A stretch of DNA of 64,000 nt from Balanoglossus misakiensis (taxonomy: Eukaryota; Animalia; Hemichordata), in contig CM082590.2 of NCBI GenBank assembly GCA_040954595.2, forward strand, positions 8,493,664 through 8,557,663, written 5' to 3'. Positions 39,864 through 52,152 of this stretch are shown piece after piece. The first letter of the stretch is position 1, and each line of letters begins with the position of its first letter. The notes below the pieces were generated by a model. That model did not search any database. It was not told where the DNA came from and saw only the letters and a list, made by a program, of their open reading frames with translations. A program made the position numbers and the translations under genes.

Positions 39864-40766
39864 CATCCTGGAATGTAATATATATTTATAATGCATAACT
39901 GCCACTTCCCCTGTCAGATTTAATTCCTATACTTTGTAATGTTACCCAGAACCATTAAACACTCAACTCATGTTTTCAACCCCAGTGACACCAGAACTTT
40001 TTCTCATTGAAACCGTTTCTCCATTCTCTCTACAGACATTACAGTTATCATACACAGTCTTAGGGAGAGTGGATTTTTAGCAGTGGAAGATTTGGATGCA
40101 GATAATGAATATTCTGGAATTCAGAGTTGCGGAGAAGACGAATGGGACACGCAGCAAATTGAAGATGTGCAACAGAGGACCTCGGATGACTGTTACGTGA
40201 TGATACATACAATCGATGAAAGCCCTGAGAATCCGAACCCTGAACTGGAACGCGCAGAACAGCGGGAATTCCAGTGGAATAACGCACCACAGCTTAGTAA
40301 GCCATTTAAAAAACGATCGCGAATTCACCAAACTCAAACCCCGTGCGATGGTGAACGCAGTAAAAAGGGACGTGCAAATATCGACCTGACAACACCGCTG
40401 GTGATCGACATGGGGAAAGAATGCAAAGGGGGCGAAGGAGAGACACTCGAAGGCGAACCCAGGATCCACACGTACGATATACCGTTCGAATGCAAAGAGT
40501 GCGGACAGATAATCAAACGGAGCAGCTATCTGAAGGTACATTTACGGGTGCACTCCAAGGAGAAACCTCACGAGTGTCGGATTTGCGGGAAAAAGTTTAG
40601 CCAGAAAGGGAATCTGAACAAACACCTGCTGACTCACTTCAACATGAAACGCCACGAGTGTGACGTGTGTGAAAAATCCTTCATGCACAAGGGCCACCTG
40701 CAGAGGCATCTCAGGTTGCACGCCAGACCCTATGAACGCAGAACCACTCGGAAAATGTTTTACTGA
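39019..40766 (+). CDS. C2H2 zinc-finger protein A (3 fingers) with shared N-terminal domain, join(39019..39106,39480..39614,40036..40766), 317 aa
   Basis: gccATGG start, GT-AG phase-1 introns, 954 nt in frame; fingers CKEC, CRIC and CDVC with HSKEKP-type linker. Confidence 0.8.
39682..39862. repeat. Compound (ATTT)n/(GTTT)n/(ACTT)n microsatellite in ZNF-A intron 2
   Basis: Direct runs. Confidence 0.9.
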
Positions 40767-41389
40767 AGTACAGTTTTCGCTCTGGGTTGTTCATATTAGC
40801 CATTACTGCAAAACACTGGGTTTTTTTTACAAATTATGTTGGAACCCTGGTAACACTTCTGCAGCACAATTTTATGACAACGGTATTAATATACTATTTA
40901 GGAAACTGGTAAAATACTGCCCTTAACAAAAACAATGAAAACGGCTCTTGGACTGAGAGGTTACAATTATTAATTGGTGAGTTAATGTGCACTGTCAAGT
41001 GGTTATAAATGCCCTATGTGTAGCCTATCAAGGTTCAATTACAATTCCTGTTATTTTATTGTATTTTTTCTGCATGTAACAAATAATGCTGTAGTTGAAC
41101 TTGTGACTATGCCTTTACATTTGTATACAGTGTCATCTCCAACTGAGTTTGATGACGTTCAACATAGGATTTTCTGCTTTTTGCGAGATCTAGGAAGACT
41201 TGGTTAATTACCGTAGCAATGGGTTGCAAGTAATATAGGACAAGCTTTGCATGAAGCTAGAATAGGTGCAGAGTTTAGTATACTATTATTATTGTAACTT
41301 TTGTGCTGTTGTACATCTGTCAATCAATGTTTTTGCCAATGTAAATCTTTATCAGTGTGTATCAGTTCAGTGCAATAAAATCTGTAACA

Positions 41390-41524
41390 CATGATTGCTA
41401 GGGCAATATCATAATTTGTTGCCTGTTGTCAGACTGCTGCCAGTGAAGGGTGATATTGATGATACCGTCACTGGCGCCATCCCTTTGACAGGCAACAAAT
41501 TGTGTTATTGACCATACCATCATG
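41390..41524. mobile_element. Imperfect ~135-bp foldback (hairpin) element, probably an old MITE
   Basis: aatttgttgcctg / caggcaacaaatt and gccagtga / tcactggc are nested inverted repeats. Confidence 0.6.
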
Positions 41525-41698
41525 CATTATTTTTTAATTATGAATATGACTACAGTTATTTCTCATTACACAAAACTATTAGCTCAGGTTAGATCTCTAA
41601 GGATAGAAGTACACAAAACTGTTTTATCGACCCAAGTAATGGGTGTGTCAGCAGTAATTGTTGCATTTATACATGAGAGGGCCAACTACATTATGTGG

Positions 41699-41798
41699 TT
41701 AAAATTTGCATTAGTTTATGATTAAAATTTGCATTAGTTTATGATTAAAATTTGTATTAGTTTATGATTAAAATTTGCATTATTATATGGTTAAAATT
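41699..41798. repeat. 23-bp minisatellite, about 4 copies
   Basis: Unit ttaaaatttgcattagtttatga. Confidence 0.85.
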
Positions 41799-42019
41799 AA
41801 ATTTTTATTTTGACATAATTTCCCTAAAATAAGGACCATCTTAAATGTAGTCATGCTACTGGAACTCAACTGTACAGAAGCATGTAGTTATTTCTGGTTG
41901 GTAAATACAGCTCTAAGAACTAACATTACAGATCTGACGATACTTTTGAAAGCACAGTTCATTTCAGCATCTGTTGCAGACATATGTAGAAGCTAAATTT
42001 AAATAGGCCTTGTGATTAA

Positions 42020-42319
42020 AGGTATATTGGTCACCTCCAATTTACATACGCCCATACATTTGAGCGTTCTAAAGAACATATGGTGGCGCTCTTTTTATCG
42101 AGTGTGCCACCCACTGAAAATCTGTGATTGGCTAGATCTCAGTTGGCCATGGAGCACTTTGTGGATAGAATAACGCAGGGGGTTGTGGGACAGTTTACGT
42201 TCCGTGTGCGTGTGTTAGACGCATGTTGAACGCAAATCATACCATCATGCATTGCAGATACCCTATCCGCGAAGTGGTCTATGGTAACTCTAGCTATATT
42301 TGCAGGTGACCGTATACCT
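42020..42319. mobile_element. 300-bp MITE with TTAA TSD (Kolobok-type termini)
   Basis: TTAA|AGGTATATTGGTCACCT...AGGTGACCGTATACCT|TTAA. Confidence 0.8.
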
Positions 42320-43172
42320 TTAATCTTAACTACTACTGAAAATATTCCTTACCTTACCTGCACACAACTCTGGGAATTTTCTTCTGCATTTTTGCTAAGA
42401 ATAAAAAAGGTTAAAAGTTAAACATGTACTTACCAGTACACAGCATTTGTGACGACTTCTCCATCCAACACAGTGGTTCACTTGTCCATTCCTTCGTCTG
42501 TCAACACAATATTCCAGCATTTGTGGCCGATATAATTCTCACAATGTGCTATAAAATCATACTGAGTCGTTGAATATAATACTCCATTTCCGAGTTTGTA
42601 GCCGACAATTGTACTGGTAGCGAATTCCTTACGCGAATAATTTCGGGACTTGTAAAAAGGTGGGATAATTCCATGAAGTTGAAAAAGCGCGAATTCCAGG
42701 ATATTTACCAAATTCCTCTTGTAATCCTCGGCAGCCGTATATCCAGCAGCATTATATACAAAAACGGACCATTATACACGTGTCTCAGCGACCTACAGGC
42801 GAAAAACGACAATAATTGCTAATTTCCGACAGCAGACGACAAGCCGTGCACATTTCATATATGTATGTTTCGTGACGTATAGATGTGCGCCCTCTACCGG
42901 CAAATTACTTTACATCACGTTTTTGCATAATATAAAACGGGAGTATAGACTTTTTATACGACTTTTTTTATTTTTAATGAAATTCGGGCAAGATTTGAGC
43001 ATTCATATGGGTATAAACAGTGCATCACTTGTTTATTTACTTAGTATCCTTCTTTTCATATATCCAGATGACTTTTAAATGAGAGAAACAACAGAACATA
43101 TGGCTCAACATAACACCAGTAACCTTGTGTGTAGTTTAGGTTTTTTTCAACAAGGGATGGACACCTTGCACA

Positions 43173-43213
<41 letters not shown>

Positions 43214-43259
43214 CCACCACCACAATCATCATCATCATCATCATCATCACCACCACCAC

Positions 43260-43301
<42 letters not shown>

Positions 43302-43323
43302 AAGCATTATCATCATCATCATC
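43173..43323. repeat. (CAT)n/(CAC)n microsatellite
   Basis: Direct runs with a duplicated caccaccacaat interruption. Confidence 0.9.
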
Positions 43324-43555
43324 ACACATGACTGAAAAAATAGATAACAAATGATACATATAATAATTATGGTAGGCAAAATAATACGACAACTTTGGCA
43401 GTACATGTATTAACAAAATTAACCAGTGGTGATATTCACACACAAATGCACCCTGAATCTGAATCTGATTCTATCTACAAAACACTCAATTCTCGATGTG
43501 ATGGGAGGTGGTTGTGTGTGACTTATGGACTAAAAAAGTGGGGAATGTTTGCAAT

Positions 43556-46547
43556 ATGGACCCCGATCGCTCTGACTGTGTTCCCGTGGATGTAGCATGT
43601 GGTATCCATGAAAACGAAGAGACTGAGTCTTGTCTTGCTAGTCCCAATATTCTGGGTGAGTACGACGCATTTATCTGGTCAGTTATGTTTATATATACAG
43701 TAGTCTATTTCACACACTCGTGTGTATATCATATATGTACTGTACCAATGTATATTCATCGTCTTCATTGGTTTTGACACTCGTTTGTAAATCAGTCTTT
43801 CAGTTATTTTCACCCTGATTCTATCCTGCCTACGAAATTATGACTAAAATCACGAGAGACTGTCGTTTAGTTAGATTACAGGGATTTTAAGCAGCGGCGT
43901 TGCTAAGTAATCGAGTCAAATTTGCATAACAATACAATTAATCGCTAAGTATTATGTGAGAGAAATTCTGTAATACGTCCATAAGTAAGCGAATGATCTG
44001 ATCCAGATTTACTGTTTTCTATGGGATGTTGGACCTGTACAACACAATGTGGGGATGAAAGGATAGTTCGTCTGGGAGGGGGAGGGGCACAAATAATTGT
44101 GTCATACTACATGTACACAACTGTGCCATTGAACTCTCATACATGCATTCAACACATATCAAGATCACTACATGCAAGAACAACACAAGTGATCTCTATT
44201 AATAATACATATCGTTCATTTCAAAATGTGTTTGAGTTGTCCCACTGGCCAAGTTCACGGCTATCCTAGTGCTTGTCTCTTGTTTTGGTAATATCATGTA
44301 TGTTTTGTTGTTTTACAGGATGCCAACAGATATGTGAAAATGCTCGACTTTGCAACCAGTGGTCCCAGTTTGGTGAAGACTTCAAAGCATCCACTGAGAA
44401 TATCATGCAAAGATTTCAAGAAGACGCTATGAGTTTAAACGGTATGTGATAAAATTTCCACCTATGGTTGATACCACAGAACAGGGAGACCCCATATTCG
44501 ACATTTCCTGGCAAATTTGAAAATACTGGGAAAAACTGTTACCCCACAAAAACCAAACTCATAACTAAGGTATTGATATAAGATACCATTTTCCTACATC
44601 CTTGCTGTTTTTAAATTCGTCAAACTCACTGAGAATCTTATTTTCTATCTTACAGATAAATCTGTAGTGATCAACAGCCTTGCACAGCATTGTCATATTT
44701 CGGGTGAAATCACAGAAACCAGCGATGATTTGAATCCGTCGAGCGACCAAACACCAGAAGACAGTGAGAGTCGGGACCAGGCAGAGACCGACAGCATTCA
44801 AAAAAAGCAGATATTTGCCATCAGTTATAAGTTGAAGAAGCAGAGTAAGGGACAGTTCAAGTGCCGAGACTGCGGGGTCATGTCGTTCAAGATGCCGTTC
44901 AAGTGTGCGACTTGCGGTCGGGCCTTCAGGAGACGAGGGAGCCTGAAGATACATCGGCAGATACACGCGAATCCATCACATGACGAAGAAAAGAATCGCG
45001 CTAAACTATTCAGGATTAAGACTCTAAATAGCCATTATGCAGTGAAATCTCCTGACAGAAGCTATGATTGCAAACACTGTGGGGAAAGATTCAGCCAAGC
45101 GGGCGATCTGGAGATCCACCTGGCTGGGGTCTCCGACGGCCGAACGGACATGTGCAAGTATTGCGGCAGCGTGTGGAAGCGGACGGCCGACCTGAAACGA
45201 CACCTTATGATTCATTTGAACGTGAAGCCTTACCACTGTGCCGAGTGCGGTGACACGTTCACTCAAAGGGGATCTCTCAAATCGCATATGATGATACACT
45301 CGGGGGAGAAACCATTTAGTTGCGGGGTGTGCGGGCGTGCTTTCCGCAGGAGGGGCGTTTTGAAGAGGCATCTGAAGACGCATGGAAGACAAAGCAACAG
45401 TGAAGAAAAATGTAGCGCTGAAAAACTCCCTGATAGCTTGGATAATATGACAGATGTTTTGCCACTACAGACCAGTAATACGCCCCAAAACTCTAGTCAA
45501 GCGCCACCACAGGTGAGTCGTGCCCCACCGAACGTAAGTGACGCGTCTCCACCACCGACGGGCGGCGCACCAGGAAAACCACATGCGTGCCAGTACTGCA
45601 GTAAATCCTTCCAGAGCAGCAGCGATCTTCGGAGGCACGCCCGAGTTCACACGAACGAGCGACCGTACCGGTGCAACGAATGCGGCAAGGCGTTCTCGCA
45701 GAGCGGCACGCTGAACGATCACATGCGCATCCACGCGGACGAACGCCCGTACGTCTGCCAGGAGTGCGGTAAAGCCTTCCGAAAGAGCGGGGCGCTGAAA
45801 CGACACATGCAGTCGCACTTACGAGTGTACAGCAAATCAGAAATCAACGAAAGTCATACTGAAAACACTAGAAGCGTCCTTGTTACGCCAGCGCCTGTTT
45901 TGCAGACAAAGAAGAAAACCAAGATATGCAGATATTGCGGTAAAGCGTTTCATACGAGCGGCGATTTAGGAAAACACGTTAGGATTCATACAAAGGAAAA
46001 ACCCTATACATGCACTGTGTGTGGCATGGCGTTCACGCAAAACGGGTCACTGAAAGGTCACATGCGCACCCATTCCGACGAAAAACCCTATACATGCGAT
46101 ATCTGCGGTAAAGGTTTCAGGAGAAAGGGCGGACTGAAGAAGCACCGGCCAATCCACCAGAAACAACACCAATGCAAACACTGCGGGGAAGTATTCAACC
46201 AAGCGAGTAGCCTGGAAACGCACCTAGCCAGTATAGTGACGGATGACAAAAACATGTGCAGGTTCTGCGGGAAATCGTTTCATCGCCGTGGCGACCTCAA
46301 GAAGCACTACCGGACACACACGAACGAGAGACCGTTTCAATGCAGCGACTGCGGGCAAGCGTTCACGCAAACAGGCTCCCTCAAATCACACCAGCTCATC
46401 CATTTGGGCCTTAAACCTTTCAAGTGCGAAGACTGCGGTCAGAGATTCAGAAAGACCAGCGCTCTGTATCGACATCAACGAATGCATTTAAAGAAATCAA
46501 CCACCACCACATACAATACCGACCCAACAGAATTACCTCTGGACTAG
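43556..46547 (+). CDS. C2H2 zinc-finger protein B (13 canonical + 2 degenerate fingers) with shared N-terminal domain, join(43556..43655,44319..44441,44656..46547), 704 aa
   Basis: GT-AG phase-1 introns, 2115 nt in frame; repeated CxxC..H..H fingers with TGEKP-like linkers. Confidence 0.85.
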
Positions 46548-46710
46548 CAAATTCAACATCCCAGCCCTATTATTATTTGCTCAGATTTTAAATTTTGCAA
46601 ACATTGCTTTTAACATTCAGTTTTATTATTAATTTTTAATTGACGTAGAGGATGTATTGTTCATTTTTGATGTTTAAAAAGTGGATTTTAAAATCTGTCA
46701 ATAGTTGTGC

Positions 46711-46817
46711 CAGTGAAGGGACTTTGCTTAACTGGCCTTTACAGACAGGAGGCTGTAAGTGACCACTATAGATAAGTTTCCACTATACAGAGGTGGCCAC
46801 TTCTCAGGTTTGACTGT
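46711..46817. mobile_element. Partial CAGTCAAACC-family MITE
   Basis: cagtgaagggact..ctggccttt..gaggtggccact..caggtttgactg matches 50231-50393. Confidence 0.6.
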
Positions 46818-47922
46818 TGTGATAAAATATTTCAGTCTTCTCGTTATCTTTGGCCAACAGGAGACTCCATTTTACAGTTGAGATTCCAGTAAGAGACTTT
46901 TTTTTTATCATTTCATGTTTAAATTACAGCCAGATAACTGTGTATTGCCATCAGTAAGCTTACTTTCAATGGACCAATCATGAGTGTAATTTTGAAATTA
47001 AAATCATGAATATTATGCAAAAGTGACAGCTACTGGTGTTTTACAGCTGTTTATGTGTTATTGGGTGTACCACATGGAATGTCAATGATAATTTAATGGT
47101 AAATAAAAATAGTAAACTATTCTTATATGTTTTTGTTTGTGTTGTTATTATTGTTCTTGCAAATTTTGTACTTGATAAAAGGAAAAGGCTATAAGTTACC
47201 ATACAGCTACAGTTCATTTAACAAAATATTTTAAAATGAACAGAAAAAAAAAAGGACAATGAAATAAAAAAATCTATTTAATACGGACGCTTTATTTCAG
47301 AAAGTACTTCATATAAAGTACTGTTGGTTTTATTACAGTAATGACTGAAGAAATATTTTATCTGAACCAATACAACCCCTACAGAATAAATACCATCACA
47401 TTATATGGATGACTACAAAATATACATTTGTAGAACCACTATATATAAATAATGTTAGAGAACTCATTTCATGAGTAACTGAAATTGTCACACAATATGT
47501 AAAGATCTACCAATTTCTCACGATGGAGTTTATTAAATAGAGGGTTCCTAATTAAAGTAATTAATCAAGAAAGAAGCAAGTTGATTTTTCAAAAGTATTC
47601 CAGTACATGTAGTTGTTTAATGTTTCAGTACACTTGGATCAGCAATAAGAAAACTGGGCCAAATGTCGGACGAGGTCGCCATACATATGTTTATGGAATA
47701 CTAGTATAAACCCTATTAAAGATTTAGAGACCATCTCCTTGGTAAGTTTAGCATATACCATCGTATTTAGAAGCAACCGGGAATTGATCATTCAACATGT
47801 ACTGAGTGGATAGCTTATGAGGTCAGAGTTCAAGTCCAAGGCCAGCCAACAGAACCGGCACCAGTCTTTTCAGAAACCAAAATTATCCATTCAACTCTGT
47901 AGCATCAGTAGCGTTTTCACAT

Positions 47923-50850
47923 TCAGAGTCCATCCACAGTGCCAAATATGTGACCATTCGCAAGAAGACTTTTTACAACAAAAACAATATCTGTTGGAAG
48001 AACAGAAAAAACTTGTCACTGCACCGCTGTCAAATATACTTAGAGATTTCAAATAGTCACATAGTTTACATGTTTATACATTTACCTTCTCACGACCATG
48101 GTTTGGTCCAAATCCATTGTTTACTATGGGAAAGTTAGATCTCTATAGAGGGAACTGGGGGTGGAAGGGTTAAGGTTCTCTGATTAGGGTAAGTATACTG
48201 TACATTATATTATAGTGTTAATTCACACAACTATTTTATAACTGTATAGTATAGTTTTAATTCACTCATTTATTTATTAACCTCTGCACACATTTCTTAT
48301 AAGATATGTTACTATATTACTGGTTTTTTTTTATTTATTAATTTTAAATGCTACCTGGTAGTCGTGATTTGCTTTGCTCTCTTGTTGTTATTACTTGAGT
48401 TTTGTCACTGAAGTGATACACACACACATACAGATACAGACATGTACCATATGTACACACCCACACACACACACACACACACACACCACCACCACCACCA
48501 CCACCACACAGCACTGCTCTCCCCTATCTTAAATTTCACACAAAACACAAAAGACACATTGTATCACATACCATTTTTGGAGAGATCATCTTCTGCAAAT
48601 CTCTGACAGACAGCTTCTGTGGTCTTTTCAAAGTCTTCATAGGAACTGGCATTTACATCTATCATTTTGTTTCCTGAAATAAAATATAAACACTGTGAAC
48701 AACAGATGCATGAAGCCACCTCAGACAGTTTCAAGAAAAATATCTTAACAGTGACCACTTTGTTACAGTCCCTATTCAATTTACATGTGCATTAATTGAC
48801 GTGCTAAAAGCCAGTTTCGGAAAGTCCCTTGACTGGCTGCTATAAACATGTGATATTCGACACCTCTATATAGGGGAAACTTGTTTCTAGTGGCCATTTT
48901 ATTGCAATCCCTGTGCAATTTACATGTGTAGTAATTGATCCATCTATAAAGGCCACCTTTCTATGAAGGCCAGTTTAGGAAATCCCTTGACTAGCCACTA
49001 TACACAGGTTTGACTTTACCTGGATGGTCACACATCTTCAGGTGTTCCTCCAGACGAGATCCGTCTGGAAATTCTTCCCCACATCCAGTGCAGTGATGTA
49101 TCCGTGCGTGGCTTCGGACGTGTACCTTCAGGTTGCTGCTGTTGATGAAGGCCTTGCCGCATTCCCTGCAGACGTAGGGTCTCTCGTTTGTGTGCGTCCG
49201 CGTGTGTATCTTCAAGGTGCTGCTCTGGGCGAAGCGTTTCCCGCACTCTTTGCAGGGGTACGGTCTTTCTTTTGAGTGGATCCGGGCATGCATCTTAAAG
49301 CTACCGTACTGGCGGAACGTCTTGCCGCAGTCGTCGCAGGCGTACGGTCGCTCGTCCGAGTGCACGCGACGGTGCACTGCGAGGTGCGTCTGTTGGTTGA
49401 AGCGCTTGCCGCAGTCCCGGCATGGGTAAGGCTTCTCGTCGGTGTGTGTGCGGAGGTGAACCTTCAGTGTGGAGTTGTAGTTGAACGTTTTTCCGCACAC
49501 GTGGCACGCATACGGTCGCTCGTTTCGATGCGTCCTGAGGTGTGTGTTCAGGTTGCTTTTCTGCGAGAAGACTTTCCCGCACTCTGTGCATTGGTGCTGT
49601 CTTTTCACCGCGCGAATCTCCTGCGGGTCGACTTTCTGGTGGACCATGATGTAGCCGGTCTGATTGCAAGCCTTGCCGCAGTCCTTGCATTCCGATGGCT
49701 GCAGGACCGGGTAGATCCGAATGTGCCGATTGAGGTGCGATTTCTTGCTGAAGGATAGACCGCAGTCGTTGCATTTGTACTGTCCTTCGCTTGCACGGGC
49801 TGCAGGTAATGTCTTCCGACCGCTGCGATTTTCCCCGTGGCGCGATATCCCTTCTCTGACGCCTTCAGTATCTTCTATACAGCTAGATGTCCCTACCACT
49901 TTGCTCCCTGTTAAATCATCCTTGGTTATCGCTGCTGATTTGAAGTGTCCGTTTTCGTATACAGCCATAATGGGGCTGCTACTAACACTGTCATTTTGCT
50001 GCGTCTTCCTGCCGTCGCATTTACATGGTGGTGTGCTTTTCTGTGTACTCACTTGCCCGACGTTCGTAGCAGCTTTGCTGAAAAACTGGTACTGGTCGAT
50101 TTTTTTCCCCGACTCTGTTTTTTCTATTGAAATATCTCCAGTATCTGCAAGCCTTCTGACGATGACCGACACATCTGATGGGAGAAAAAAAAGTACAGTC
50201 AAATCTGTGTTAGTGGCCAACTCTATTATACAGTCAAACCTCTCTATAGTGGCCAGTCAAGGGACTTTCCAAAACTGGCCTTTATAGAGAGGTGACCATT
50301 ATATAGAGGTTAATTAACACACGTGTGAATTGCACAGGGACTGTAACAAAGTGGCCACTATATAGAGGTGGCCACTAAAGAGGGGTTTGACTGTAGTGGA
50401 AACTTGTGTACAGTGGCCATACAGTCCCTGTGCAATTTACACATTCAATTATAATTGACCTGTATATAGCCATTTCCCTATAGATTAGTCCAACATCACC
50501 AGCAACTGTTTGCCAAGCAATATACCGGTACATGACACAACAAATGATTTTCTCAAGATTCACATACCATGAATTGTCAGCGAACATTCCTCGAACCTTT
50601 CACCAATATTCTCAGCCAGCGTTTTAAATACTTCTGCAAAGTTTGTCATCTGTTCACGAAGTCTGGCATTTTCACATATTTGATGGCATTCTGTAATTAA
50701 AAAGGAATATTGATACAATGAATAAGAGAAGGTAGTCACGTCTAGTCTATCTGTATTTTCTTGCATTATGTCAATTTATGAATTTAAGCTTGAGAGATTA
50801 AAATATTACTTCACACAGTGACACACACACACACACACACCTAGGGTCTA

Positions 50851-50881
<31 letters not shown>

Positions 50882-51470
50882 TGTACCAGAAAACACCACG
50901 AGCTGCCATACTGATCCACAGCCGGAAGCTGATTCCTGTAATGTAAACAAACCATCAGCTGGGCACAGACTGCCTTATTTATCAATCTAAAGATTGGAGA
51001 GAAGAGATGAGGACTCTTTAATGACTTTATTTGCATTTGAATGGTGAACTTACCTTTTGACGATGAACCCCCCTAGCTGGACGACAAAATGATCTAAACG
51101 TATCATGAACGTTTATATTGTTGGCACCATTCACTAATTTACTTTTTGAAGCATATATAAATGCAATATATTTCGATTGTAGTTAGAGTGCATTTCGACG
51201 AGGTCTCCTTCACTCCAAAGATCACCTGAGCATTCGTGCATATAAATCTACAACTCTAAACCCCAAAAGCTTCCTGCTGGTATTAAAAAACTATGGAAGT
51301 TTCACTTGTGTTTTACCCCATATGCTTGAAACTCGTCTGGCCTACAACTTGTTCAGTGGGAGATCTCGGCTATAAATGTTTGTGAACAATTCCTCACCAT
51401 CCTGGTGCCTACCTTCAGAACTTTTGCGTTCAAGGTCGCATACTGTACTCGTGTGGCTATCCAATTCCAT
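47923..51470 (-). CDS. C2H2 zinc-finger protein C (6 canonical, 1 C2HC, 2 degenerate fingers) with the shared domain at both ends, complement(join(47923..47990,48572..48673,49020..50174,50568..50690,51398..51470)), 506 aa
   Basis: All introns GT-AG phase 1, 1521 nt in frame. Exon 2 is 123 nt like ZNF-B exon 2 (CHQICENARL vs CQQICENARL). An unspliced form would end at the stop at 48991. Confidence 0.8.
48081..48173. mobile_element. ~90-bp dispersed element ending GGG-TTAA (piggyBac-like MITE)
   Basis: accatggtttggtccaaa core and gggggtggaagggttaa end; related fragments at about 9722-9751, 20082-20145, 44005-44062 and, inverted, 53036-53066. Confidence 0.55.
48745..49018. mobile_element. Cluster of CAGTCAAACC-family MITE fragments in ZNF-C intron 3
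   Basis: gtgaccactttgttacagtccc, aaagtcccttgactggc and caggtttgact match the family. Confidence 0.6.
50231..50393. mobile_element. 163-bp Tc1/mariner (pogo-like) MITE with TA TSD
   Basis: TA|CAGTCAAACC...GGTTTGACTG|TA; further fragments on both flanks. Confidence 0.85.
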
Positions 51471-51702
51471 TATCTCTTGAAAATTATGGATGTTTTGGCA
51501 TTCAGTGAATATTTGTAGCCAGCAGCCGAAGATGACCTTTTCCCGGTGCACGGAGTTGACGATGCGGTCTGAATTAGATTCAGATTCGAAGCAGATGCGG
51601 ACAGATAAAGTTAGCATAAGGATCGGATTCGTACAAAAAACACTCCAGTCTTGCTGTACGGGTCACAATTATTTTATCAAAGTCTTTGATATGCTAAATA
51701 CC

Positions 51703-52152
51703 TACAGCCGAAATTATGAAAGGTCGCCGATTCAATATGTGATCTAGACGTCCTGTGTGCACTGAACACACGATGTGTTTATCTAACACAAACAACAGAA
51801 CCTCTCATAAAAGAGATGCGGTATCATTAGACTAATTACAGATGGTAGTCTGGAAACACGCTCCCCCTCAGAGAGAGTTGTTTACTTGGGTACACTCTCA
51901 ACATAAAGCGTATACACTTTGAGATTAAACTCTCAAAGTGTATACGCTTTATGTTGAGAGTGTACCCAAGTAAACAACTCTCTCTGAGGGGGAGCGTGTT
52001 TCCAGACTACCATCTGTAATTAGTCTAATGATACCGCATCTCTTTTATGAGAGGTTCTGTTGTTTGTGTTAGATAAACACATCGTGTGTTCAGTGCACAC
52101 AGGACGTCTAGATCACATATTGAATCGGCGACCTTTCATAATTTCGGCTGTA
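51703..52152. mobile_element. Perfect palindrome (222-bp arms, 6-bp spacer); likely a foldback MITE with TA TSD
   Basis: 51703-51924 is the reverse complement of 51931-52152; ends TA|CAGCCG...CGGCTG|TA. Confidence 0.9.

Noticed and set aside
39634-39891. Hydrophobic FIYL-repeat ORF resembling a membrane protein
   Set aside because: Translation of an intronic tetranucleotide microsatellite.
43056-43443. Poly-Met, poly-Asp and poly-Ser ORFs
   Set aside because: Translations of the (CAT)n microsatellite.
49024-50287. Overlapping ORFs on both strands of the ZNF-C finger exon (similarly 44565-46491 in ZNF-B)
   Set aside because: Expected in GC-rich zinc-finger coding DNA; no recognisable products.
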